Source of the DNA: Chara braunii
Lineage: Eukaryota > Plantae > Charophyceae
NCBI GenBank assembly: GCA_003427395.1
Contig: BFEA01000030.1
Location: 632,137 to 696,136 of the forward strand
Direction: 5' to 3'
Length of the DNA stretch: 64,000 nucleotides
In this document: in pieces, positions 39,003 to 50,574 of the stretch
How the letters are laid out: each line of letters begins with the position of its first letter
Position numbering within the stretch: position 1 is the first letter of the stretch
The notes under the pieces: generated by a model
Databases searched by the model: none
Told to the model about the DNA's origin: nothing
Seen by the model: only the letters and a program-made list of their open reading frames with translations
Program-made: the position numbers and the translations under genes

Positions 39003-39476
39003 GATCAGCCAACCCAACTTATGGATGTGAGTGACCTGCCAGTTTAAATGACTAGGCCACACCAACTCATGATGCCCTGGCCTGGTAGCACAAATAAATG
39101 TACGGCATAAGACTAAGTCACACCAACTTATGGTGTGATCAGTTTCTGCCTAGACGATCGACGTAAGGTGTATGACTGGACCGCACCAACTTATGGTGAG
39201 ACTGGTCAGCCTAAACGTTCGACATACACAAAGAAACTGAACATCCTCGACTTATGAGGGGCTAGTCTTTACCTGAACTACAACAAAAGGCATATGACTA
39301 TAACACACCAACTTATGATGTGCCTAGCTACCCCTTCTCTCTCGCATGTCTATGGATCTCTCCCCATGTGTGTGAGCGGAAGGGCAATCTTTCTGGTGTC
39401 TTGCCCTTCCGAAGTTTCTCCCTAAACAGTGACATATAAGATAAAACCAGGCTACCCAATTTATGAGTAGTCTAGC
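39003..39476. ncRNA. Array of about 7 hairpins with conserved loop ACTTA (cacacca-actta-tggtgtg type), about 60-bp period
   Basis: Stems differ between units but remain complementary (e.g. cctcg-actta-tgagg, ctaccca-attta-tgagtag). Confidence 0.6.
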
Positions 39477-42400
39477 CCAACCTAGACAAAACCACATGAG
39501 CGAAAAACTGAACAACCTGCAACTTATGCGTTCGCCCAACCGCAATTCCAAACACAGCGAAATGTGGTGCTGGACAACAACGGCGCCACAATGCATCACG
39601 CATAGCACCATAAAACACAGCATCACCGTCGTACAACAACTGTACGGTTCAATAAGAAGAACGGGGCACAACAGGAGTATAAAGCAAATGCTAGCGGCCA
39701 CAGTTGCCACAGATAAAAGTGCTTTCTGTTGGATGAACAACAGTCAGGTCTTTAGGACGGGCAACAATGGCGCCGCTGCTGATGCAAAACGACATTCTCG
39801 GATTTGGCAACAACTCTCGAAAAAATGAACCAGCCACACCATTCATGGTAACCTGGCGGTGACTGTTTCAAGAGTGGTAGCGCCCTCAATCTGTCAGCCT
39901 TATTATGTCTGGCCTTGGTGAGTTTTCCAAACGGTAATGCACCATGCCCGTTCACTATTTTTTAATATAGACGACGTGCAAAAAATATTCTGCCTAAAAC
40001 CGCATACATAGCGGCAGTGCGGAGTAGCAAGGCCAAAATAGCAACGCCTATTCAACATGCTCCACGAACGCAGCGGGACAAGACAATACACACAGTTAGC
40101 TCGACACGGCGAATGGTAAATGCACCTCTTATTAGAGGACTACCTGGTGCTTTGGACCGGCCTCTTATCCAAAGAGTATGTCCTCTCAAAAGTCGAGATA
40201 TGCCACATGTACCAATTCTGCAGTACCTACGATTACCCGGGTCCGAGTGATAAGAAAACCACCAAATAAGTGGGAACTAATTTAATGATCATTTACATTT
40301 CCACAGTGATGATTATTGTAACAACTCGGGGAAACAATAATACCTAAGTCCACAACAGTCGCAATTATGCAACAACATCTCCATGGAAGCAAAGCCTTCA
40401 TGTAAACCAATCATAAAACTCAAGGGCAACACACTTCGCTATTTGCTGAAATAACAATCACAAAGGCATAACGATGTATTGGTTGCTGATATGGCCTGAT
40501 TCGTTCGAAGCCCTGCTAAGTCAGCAACGTCAAGCATATAAAATTTGTCCAATAGTGATCGTCAACCCAACAACATCTCCCATGAGTAGGTCTAGCCTCA
40601 ATGACCACGCAGGCTACTCAAGGTCCACAAGTCGGGTTACGGAAACACGGGCCGGAATGCAAAGATGCAGGCTAGTACGTTGCATGAGCAGCATGAGATC
40701 CCGACCTAAATGGTGATAATGGGGGCGGAGACCGACCGCCTTCCAGTGTGGGAGATTCGCTAACAATTTATTTATTTATTTCCCTTTTGTCTACCTTGCT
40801 GCGTACAAAGGAAAACGTCTGTTTGTGATCTGACCGAGTAAGAATCTGAATTTCTCCTCGATCTCCCCCCCTTCTACTATTTCACCCTTGTCCTCATTAA
40901 TCCTCTCCCCCGCACCACATTTCCTCCTCCATTCCTACCGGATGCACCTGGATGCAAAACCCGTTCACATACAGTCGAGAGCAGTCAGAAGGCAACACAT
41001 AAAACTCGATCTCAGCAGCGGCCGATCCGAATCACGCCTTACCGTAAACGATTGACCCCGACTACAACCATGAACTCTGTGAGCACCTCCATAACGCGCA
41101 TTGAGGCCGTGATGGCGTGAAAAATGTTGGCCCTTCGCTCGTAGAGCGGGGTTCTATCATGATCATGGAAGGTGCGCGCATAGTCACGGGCAGTAGAGGT
41201 ACATCCGTCGCCTAAGGGGAACGTGACTGCGACTGTGCACCCACCAAATGTGCAAAATGAGAATGAATCTTCGCTTGAACATGGTCAGATACACACGCTC
41301 CTCACTCCCACTACCGCCCAGTGCTGAGATTTAGAAAAAGACAGGCTATAGCGTGGCGAGGATCCCGGTGGCATACATAAATGTGTGGCTATAGCCACTC
41401 CCCCGAAACATGCGGAATAAGTCAAGACTTCCGCTAAAAAACGGGAGAGTACGTCCCTATCTTCACGGCAAGATACATCAATCTGCTCAGCCCGTTTTCT
41501 TGGTCACGTCCCTCACGGCTCTGCATGTGTCTCGCCCTCACCGAATTCGGTCGCCACATTAGGGTATACACGAACACAAGGGTGGTCTAGGCAAGTCAAG
41601 CACTGCTGTACGAGGCAGCACCGGCCTAATTGACGAAGGTAGGAATCAAACCACGAGGGGCTCTCAAACCATTGGCAGGAGAGATTCGACCATGGCGACT
41701 AAGGAAATGGCAGCCAACGTCGAGACAATGGCCATTAATGAAAGAAAAAGCCTCGCAAATGGCGCAAAAGGTAACTACCACGAAGAACACGGGAATTACG
41801 ATCGCCAACTTACCGAAGACCGCCAACTTACCGAAGCCAGCGAAGAAGGTGAGCATAATCACAATCATGTGTTATTCCGTATCTCCCATCACATATGCAA
41901 AGCAAGACAAATTCTTCGTTAGAAAGTGGACAGGTACACAACGTATTCAAGCTTCCCTCCCCTCTTATTCGTGCAGCCCCTAACTCCTACAACGGCCAAA
42001 TTATTAGCCCAACACGGAAACTAGCCTCGCCATCACCCTCGCAACGTGTGAAAACCCCTGAAACGCATCTTCACTCGCCCGTTTCCGTCAAGAAACGGAC
42101 GAGATAAAAGTTTCTCTTTCCCGACATATCCAGTTTCCCGTGTCCTCCGCGCATGCTGTCTTTATTCTACATCCTATTCTACCAACTTTAGTACAAATCT
42201 GACTACATATTTGGGGTCGGCAGCCCCAAAAATGCCAAGTCCCGTCCCTCACTTGCCCGATTCCACTCCGAAATGGATGAGGTATGAGTTATTTGCCATG
42301 CCATATCTCACTCCTCTCCTTCGTCTTCACCTTTCCCGTCTTCGTCCTCTCTACCATCGAATCCTCCTTGTAACCTCCGAGCTCAAGTGTCCTCCTACCA

Positions 42401-42656
42401 GTCGGTCCAACAAACTTCAAATATTGAAAGTTCCAATTACCCGTGGCCTGTTGGATCACGGCTTATTATGGCCGAGCCTGTAAAATGTGCTCTCAACCTC
42501 TCCACTTTGAACTAACCAAATTCCCCTTTTCTGCACATGAGCCCGACCAGGCCCTCTGCCTACATGCATTAGGACTGACCACGGCTTATGTGACTGAGGG
42601 CACACTCCTCTGAGACCAACCGAGACAACCCAGACTTAACTTATCCCGTCCCCCCG

Positions 42657-42732
42657 ATTGCATCTGGACTCAAACTTCAGCCTGTATTTCAGCAGTCCGT
42701 GGGTGTACCAACTGAGCCAGGTCAGCTGGTTC
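42657..42732 (-). repeat. tRNA-like SINE head inside copy B
   Basis: cctggctcagttggtacacccacggactgctgaaatacaggctgaagtttgagtcc. Confidence 0.5.
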
Positions 42733-42850
42733 TTTTCCTGGCCAGCCCCGGTACTAGACGCAGGGGTCACCACAACCCCCCTCTCGCCGTGCATGGTCTC
42801 ACAGCTGCGCAGTAAGACTGTTCCACAGCTCCAGCTATAGCGAGAGAAAG

Positions 42851-43020
42851 GGAACCTGCTACTCAGCGGGCCTGGCTAGTCTCCCGCCCTATACCTAGCT
42901 CCGATGGACAATTTGCAGCGGTCTCGCTGCGGGCCTCCACGGACATTCCCTGTCGCATCGCCTTGCTCAGCCATAGTTCACCATCTTTCGGTCCTACCGG
43001 GAATGCTCACACTGCAACCC
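42851..43020 (-). pseudogene. Degenerate LSU (25S/28S) rRNA-derived fragment
   Basis: ggaacctgctact...tcgctgcgggcctccac...ctcagccatagttcaccatctttcggtcc resembles antisense LSU GGAACCAGCTACT...TCGCTGCGGGCCTCCACC...CTCAGGCATAGTTCACCATCTTTCGGGTCC. Confidence 0.8.
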
Positions 43021-43221
43021 CAAATCTGCAAAATATGCAGATTTGGGACAGACCAATTCGAGGTTTTGGGCATGGTTCATGTCACACTGCTGTACCTTTT
43101 CAGATGGGACAAAGCCCTGATCATTTGCAGCATTGGCGAGATGGGCCTTAGCTGGTCACATGGTGCCATCCACAAGTTGTGCAAGAACTCTTGTGAAAAG
43201 CTTTTCACCAATCCTCGAAGA

Positions 43222-43261
<40 letters not shown>

Positions 43262-43429
43262 AAATAGAGCATTTGCGGTCACCTCCAGTAGTGGTCGTAA
43301 TTCCCTTGGCCCCGTGGCGCCACAGGCCGTTGACAAATAGGCACACAAATGGTACATCCGGGACTTCGGCACAATCTGTATGACCAATCTTCTAGCGGGC
43401 CTCAACGCTGGTTCCAAAACTAGCACCGA

Positions 43430-43610
43430 CACTGGCCCCATCGACATGCCTACACTCAGTTCCCACAACAATCGTGGTTGGCAGATGGTGCACCCGCGGA
43501 GAGGCACCCGATACTCAACTTTTCTTCCCTCTTGTGGGCCAGTCACCCACCGACTCACATGCACGTTAAACTTATCGGCTCGTGCTTCAACATGGGCAGA
43601 ATAGAGGAGT
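43430..43610 (-). pseudogene. Degenerate LSU rRNA-derived fragment
   Basis: tcacccaccgactcacatgcacgttaaacttatcggctcgtgcttcaacatggg resembles CACCCGTTGACTCGCACACATGTCAGACTCCTTGGTCCGTGTTTCAAGACGGG. Confidence 0.65.
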
Positions 43611-45576
43611 TTCGCCATCATCCCGAATACGCAGGGGCCCAAATGGGCCCGCCGAAGAGAAGCCCGTGCTCAAGGTCCTCGACTGCTGTGACGACCACTT
43701 CACGGGGATGGCAACCGCTGGCCCCTGCAGTCCATGCTGGCTGACACCCCGCAACAATCCTTAGTACCGATGCTAGTGCCGCGTCCCAGAGACAGGACCG
43801 ACAACTAAAATAACTAAGAAAAATAAAAAAGAAAATAAGAACAAACATGTGTAGACCGAGAATCGGTGCTTTGGGGAGGGAGACCATCGGCGCCCCCTCT
43901 CAGTTCCGTCAACCGGGCCCACGGATGGGCCGACAACAAAACCAAAGGGGATAGCCCCACCGGGCCCTCAACCTCTCAACATCTTCAACCGCTCCAATGC
44001 TCCATCGTCGTCGGTCGTCGTCCTTGATCCCTGTACCTCCGCTTTGAAAATCCAATGTCGTAACCAATAGTGCTACTGCCCAAGGTTGGCATTGACACTA
44101 CTGGAAACCCATATGAAAGGGTTCCGCCTGCTGCACGGTTGCACTGAAACGCCCAAAGCCAACGCCTTGACCTACCGGTTAGCCCACGACCGTCAAGCCA
44201 CGCATACCGTGCGACGGACCTGCTCACTTCTATTCCTTCGCACACTCCAAGTACTACCCAGAGCAACACTACTCCTGATGTCGTCTTCTGTATGAGCGCA
44301 CTCACGTACGTCACGGTCAAAACAACAGGGAAGATCACCCTAGTCCTAGTTTAATCAAAGTCAATATTGTGTCGGTGGAAACACTGACTCTATAACATAA
44401 AAATAAGAATCATCACTCGCGCCTCAAAACTGCGTGCCCACACACTCTCTACTCCTAGTCAACCACTCAGTCATCTCTACTCATAGTCAACCACTGAGTC
44501 AGCGTGAACAAAATGCAACTGCACTTGCACGGTGTACTCAAAAGTTTAACAAAACTTATTTTCTACCACTTACAAAAACCAGGGCGGATACCCTTGTAAG
44601 GGTATTCGCGCCAACACCGTGACACTCCAACCTCTGACTAGTACGCTGTCTCGCAGCCCAAAAAGGTTGCCTTCGAATAGAGCACACCTCTTGCACACCT
44701 CCTGTGCTCTATTCCAATTGCAGACGAGACACAATGTTATACAACAAAACACAATTCCTAGAGCAAAACCACATTGCCGGTGTACAGCAAAACCCCAATG
44801 CCACGCAGCAAACACTCAGTGGAATCCACAGTATTCACTGCAGGTACATAGTATAAGCATGCCTGTTCGCAATGGTGACTCAATGTCTGCGCAACAGTGG
44901 ACACCGGGGCAATTTCCCTGCTGTAGAAGCACCGTAATCCCCCATTTGCTGCACGAAAAATACAGCATCAATCATAAGTCCGATCGAGAAGGACAACAAT
45001 ACCACTGCAGCAGCGCCTCGTAGCATATCAACAGTAGTCTGAGACATCAGTGACACTTCCATGGTACAGCAACTGCTGGTAGCACCAGCAGCAGTCACTT
45101 GAAATCAGACTGCCGACAATAGCGCTCCTGTCTCGACAGCCGATACCCTGAGCTCGTACACCCGCGGCCCACCACTCGAGCGAAGGGTACCAACACACCA
45201 TCAGACTCTTCGTGGATCAGAATTACGTCATAGTGGTCGCCCCTTTGTCTTCAAGTCCACGTCTGAACCCCAACAGTTTCAAGCCCGCATCAGCTGAGCA
45301 GCCTACCAACGTACCGTCGGGAGGGAGTCTTCTGCTAGTAACATAAAGAGATACATATCGGATGGAAAATCCCGCTGCGATTATGAAATATGCTAACTAT
45401 CAGGTCTTAGTGTCACCATACATGAGAGAGAGATAAGGAGAGGTTGCTTCCACCGATAGGATGCACAAACGAATCTGCCGCTAAAAGCCTGGACAGATAA
45501 CACTGCTAAACCCCTGCTTCGAGTTGGCCGTGCCTCTTAACATTACAATTCAGCTTCTTGATTTTAAGGTAGGTGT

Positions 45577-45637
<61 letters not shown>

Positions 45638-46786
45638 TCGCATATACTTCGCCCTTTACCTCTACTACTAACAACTGACAGACGCACCTTCTCCTAAAAA
45701 TCAACTACGTGCATCGATCGGCCATGTGACCCAGCTGGCGACGCGGGCGAATGCGAATCGGATAGCCCCTTAGGCCTTGACAATAAAGAGGGAACACCTA
45801 GATGATAACGATGAAGAAGGCGCTTTGATCCCGATGACAAAGAAACGCTACTTCGTCAAGGCTGATAGGGGTGATCCCACTAAGGGCTGCAATCAATCGA
45901 ACACGGCGATGAGTGCGGCTATCAACATGGTTACCAGCAAAACGAGGATTTTCATTCAAGCACTACTTTGGCAATGGCGGCTATGCGAATGAGCATTTCG
46001 ATAAAGCATACCGAAATCGGGATCATGACCGTGACTACAAACGGGACGCGCGACTATAGGCCTCGTCCCGCTACTCGTAAAGAAAGAAATACAGTATAAG
46101 AATGAATCTTATAGTAGAACATGGGAAAATACATGGTCGTATTTCGAAAGGTTTCAAAATAATCACGCAACCTCCTCACCTCGTACCGGTTAACTCGTTA
46201 CTCCGATTGGATATCCGACGCGGCCAATCAATCTAGATCGATCAAAAAAACCTTCGTTTAGTATTTTTGTTTGCCCAAAACGACCGACAAACGACTGAGC
46301 AATCCCATTTTTACTCCTCTTCGCTCCTCCTCCTTCCCTCTCGACTTCCTATGCGCACCCCTTTTCTTTTATTCCTCTCCTTCTGCTGATTCTCTCCTGA
46401 ATCTAACAACACCACCTGGTTCGCGCTACCTCAAAACCCCAGGTTATCACCTTCCCCTCCCCAATTTCGTCAAGAAATGAGCACGGCGTAGCTTTTTTCT
46501 CCGCCATAGCTTCTAGCTTCGACGTTGTCTTCTCCCCTTTTCTTCGAACGTACCTGGCCCGAAACCGCGTCCAGGTTCCTTCTTCTTTCGTTGCTATCTC
46601 CGCTGTTTCCGTTCTGGTTCTGCTGCGCTCTCCTGCGCTCTCTCTCTCTACTATAATCCTTCCTTCCTCTCCTTCTACACTATCACTTTTTTCCTCCTAC
46701 ACAACCGCGTTCGTTCTATTGCTCATGCCCCGACAGCTTCGCATCCCTCTCGTTTTTCCTCTGTTTGCAGCGCACGGTCCGACAAT

Positions 46787-46920
46787 CCCGTGAGAAAAAC
46801 TTCGGAGGAAGTCTTTCGGCCCCTATACCTCGTTCCGACGACCGATTTTGCACGTCTGTGTGGCTGCGTGCCTCCACCAGAGTTTTCTCTGGACTCGCCC
46901 TGCTCAGGGCATGCTCACAC
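46787..46920 (-). pseudogene. LSU rRNA-derived fragment in copy A
   Basis: aaacttcggaggaa[deletion]gtctttcggcccctatacc...gattttgcacgtc...gcctccaccagagttttctctgg. Confidence 0.85.
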
Positions 46921-47114
46921 TGTGACCTCAGATCCGCGAAGTATGCAGATCTGGGATTCACAGATTTGAGGTTCTTGGGTATGGTTCGGGTTACACTGTT
47001 GTACCTCAGATGGAACAGGGCCCTGGCCGTATGCAGTAGTGGCTATTTGGTACTTCGCTGGTCCCACGGCGCGCGCCGGGGCGTGCGGCCTATGCTCAGT
47101 CATTGTGGCAGTCT

Positions 47115-47265
47115 CGTCGTTGTGACGAGTAGGAGGGCATGGGGCCTGCAACAAAGCCTGCAGCGTGAGCCCACGTGAAGCAGGTCCCGATGCAAATCTT
47201 GGTGATAGTAGCAAATATTCAAATGGAAACCTTGAAGACCGTAGTGGAGAAGGGTTCCATGTGCA
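47115..47265 (+). pseudogene. LSU rRNA-derived fragment, opposite orientation to its neighbours
   Basis: gagtaggagggc...tgcaaatcttggtgatagtagcaaatattcaaatggaaaccttgaagaccgtagtggagaagggttccatgtg resembles GCAGATCTTGGTGGTAGTAGCAAATATTCAAATGAGAACTTTGAAGGCCGAAGTGGAGAAAGGTTCCATGTG. Confidence 0.88.
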
Positions 47266-47453
47266 CAACTGGAGAAGGGTTCCATGGGCACAACTGTGCA
47301 CACAGCACCGCTGCAGATCTCCCCACAGTGTCCTTGGCCACTCCGCCCAGGCACCGTGACAGCTCGCCTCTCTCGGGTGCGAACGGCATGCTCACACTCA
47401 AGCCTCTCATAGCAGATCGTGTTTGGCGGATGGTGCACCCGCGGAATGCCCCC

Positions 47454-47972
47454 GCCACTTCGTTTTTTTCCACCTCTTGGGTTAATCACCCGCCCGCTCG
47501 CATGCATGTTGAACTCCTCTGCCCGTGTTCCAACAGTTCATGGGTGTATCAATTGAACTACTCCCGCTGGTCCCCGCAAACAACCATGGTACTAACACCA
47601 GTGCCGTATCCCTGAAATGGGACCCCCGCCACTTCGNTTTTTTCCACCTCTTGGGTTAATCACCCGCCCGCTCGCATGCATGTTGAACTCCTCTGCCCGT
47701 GTTCCAACAGTTCATGGGTGTATCAATTGAACTACTCCCGCTGGTCCCCGCAAACAACCATGGTACTAACACCAGTGCCGTATCCCTGAAATGGGACCCC
47801 CGCCACTTCGNTTTTTTCCACCTCTTGGGTTAATCACCCGCCCGCTCGCATGCATGTTGAACTCCTCTGCCCGTGTTCCAACAGTTCATGGGTGTATCAA
47901 TTGAACTACTCCCGCTGGTCCCCGCAAACAACCATGGTACCAACACCAGTGCCGTATCCCTGAAATGGGACC
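47454..47972. repeat. Three near-identical ~175-bp tandem copies, likely an assembly artefact
   Basis: Copies are joined at single n bases. Confidence 0.7.
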
Positions 47973-48649
47973 GGCAAAAAAATAAAAATATGAACATCAA
48001 GAACCAGTTCTTCGGGGAAGGGAGACCGTCAGTGCCCATCTCAGTTCCGTCGACCTGGCCCACGGATGGGTCGGCACGAAAATCAAGGGGGATAGCCCTA
48101 CTACACCCTCAATCCCCTTGGCATCTTCAACCGCTCCAATGCCTCACCTCTACCTTCGCCGGCCTTGATCCCGGTACCTATGCTTTGAAAGTCCACTATC
48201 ATAACCAATAATGCTATGGCCAAGGGTGACGGTGGTATTAGCGGAAAGCCTTATGAACACGTCCGGCCGTCCGCACGGTCCCACAAAAAGAACCCCAAAG
48301 GCTGCACTTTTGGCCTATTGGTCGGATCTCTGGCTACAAAAACCGGTGTCTTTCTATTGTGTGGTGTCGGGCTTCACGCACGGCCCGCACTTACTCGTCA
48401 CCAACTGTGCTAACCCCATTTTTACCGAACCTTATCTAGTATAGGAAAAGTCACCGGCACCTTAAATTAGTGCGTCCACACACCCTCTAATCTCACCTCG
48501 CACACCCCACCGTTCAGCTACAATAAGTCGAGCGTGGGTCGTGTGATACTTACATAAATCCTGACCTCTGATATCGCCTCAGGTGTCACTTGTGCGAAGT
48601 GCAAACATACGCACGAATACCCTTGTAAGGGTATTCACTCCGACAACGG

Positions 48650-49800
48650 AAAGTGGCACGGCATAATTTTTTTTGGATTAGGTGTCAACAGGTTCCCGTG
48701 ACTGCCTTGGTGCCTCTCCAGGAGGCGGTGGAAGATGCTTTCCGCAAGGTGGTTAAGGAGTTTCCGACATACAAAGATCAAACCTCCCCTGACCTAGTCA
48801 ACATCCGGTTCGGTTTGGAATCAACAGCGAGACTACGGTACAAAAGATATTTAGTAGTCAATCTTGGCTTAGATGGCTATGTCGACATAGAGGTCGTTTG
48901 TGCCATCACGCCTTGGTGTCCACAATGCACGCAACACTTTCATGCAGGAGGTGATCTTGAGTGTCCGAAGAAGAAGGGTACCTCATATGCAGACAAAGTG
49001 AAAGGGAAAGGGTCGGATTGAAACCCTGTTGCAAATGAAAAAGGGAAGAGAGGAAAGGAAAACGGAAAGGAAAACGCCCCTGCAAAACCTTCCACGCCAA
49101 GGCCAATCGATCCGGTGGACGGAGGGGAGGGGGGTAGGAAAGACTTGGGAAAGAAGGACGAAGGGGAACCCTCAACAGTGGTACAGACCCAGGTGGGGGA
49201 CACACTACTGCCAGATGTAGCAGGCCATGCTTCGGGTCCAGGAACAGACCCGAACATGGAGGTAGACGGAGAGGGTGGGTTGAATAAAGATGAAGGAGTG
49301 AAGAGTCGGACATAGAAAGCGGGTGTTGGAGGAGATAAAATTGATAAGATGGAGGAAGACATTCTGGCACGTCGGGAGAAAAGAAAAAGGGAAGAGGAGG
49401 AAGAAACATCAGGGGGTCTGAGTAACAAAGAGTTATCAGATGATGGTACAAATGAAGAGAAGGAAGGGGAGAGGAAGAAAAGGGGGATCTCTCAGAAGAA
49501 AACTTGATCCAAAGTGAGGACTCACTGTCCCTGAGTGAAGGGAGTGAGGAGGAGGAGGAAGAGGAGGAAGAGGAGGAAGAAGCAACGATAGGCCTGATGG
49601 CTTTAACGGATTTCCAAGAGGATCCCAAAGTCTACGAAAAAGGGGCGTACTACATAGAAACCTCATTGAATCACGAAGAATTGACGTCCAAGTCCGAAAA
49701 CGAAAACTCATCGTCAGACGCTGATTTCACAGACTATCATGAGGTAATAGTTATATCCGATAAAGAGGAAGCCACAGGCTTGACACCGGTCTGAGGAATG
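48650..49800 (+). pseudogene. LINE ORF1, fragment 3 (zinc-knuckle-like and acidic tail)
   Basis: NFFWIRCQQVPV...PDLVNIRFGL...TPWCPQCTQHFHAGGDLEC (CCHC-like), then low-complexity acidic sequence with stops. Confidence 0.75.
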
Positions 49801-50574
49801 CAACCCAGAGGTAAATCGCCAACAAAAAAAATCAAGGTCACAGTGAAAAAAAAGAAGAATAGTTCAAGAACGGAACGAAGTCTGCCTCCAGATTTGATCA
49901 AGCATCAAATTAAAGAAAAGGAGAAAAATACTTGCTCGGTGAAATAGTTGTCCTTTGCGTCACTCATGCAAACAATCTCCCGGTCAGATAAGGCAAAGGC
50001 AGCAACGAAAGAACTCAATGTTCCGTTGATTTGTACCATGTTACCAAATGGCCCCATGGTACTGACCAAAATATATACTAATGAATCTCAATTTTTACTG
50101 ACAATTTCCTCAAACGGATTCTTAAGAGACACGAAACTGATGAAGGAGATTAGGACCAATGTCCTGACGGTTTGCTTTAGCAGCTCTATTATCTTGGAAC
50201 CGAAAAACCTCTTGGTCCTTCACAGTCCTCATAGGAGAAACAGATGCAATTCAGAGTCTGCGAAACCGACAAATCCATTTGACCCACTGTCACATTTCTT
50301 GGATGTGGAAACTTACACGTTAAAAAATATTCAGATCTTGGGTTAAGTGACCGCGAACGTAAATGTAGAATGGATCGCACAATCGAATTTGACTGATATC
50401 TTGTCCTAAGTGGCTTCTACCGAATCCCTCTAAGTGAATCTTCGCTCACCCTCGACGTCGGAGGAAAAACCCGAATGGACAAAGACATGCAAGGGGTCCC
50501 AAAAGAACAGACAAACCACAACTACCCGCATCCAAAACTCGAGCAGAAAGGGTCCACTAGATGGTCCTATCGAC

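Larger units (their letters stand above)
36815..44616. mobile_element. Nested copy B of the TGTC...GACA family (7.8 kb)
   Basis: Exact 4-bp TSD CCGT (36811-14, 44617-20); left ~1.5 kb is homologous to 30029-31330; right end has the shared palindrome. Confidence 0.85.
30029..48645. mobile_element. Large non-coding TGTC...GACA element, outer copy A
   Basis: Ends tgtcacgcg / ctccgaca; TSD gcgg/acgg; excision restores LINE ORF1 frame (EWR|KVARHNFFWIR). Confidence 0.8.

Noticed and set aside
42851-47545. Functional rRNA genes or an rDNA unit
   Set aside because: Short, heavily diverged pieces, out of order and in mixed orientation
47454-47972. Biological triplication of a 175-bp unit
   Set aside because: Identical copies joined at single n bases point to a scaffolding artefact
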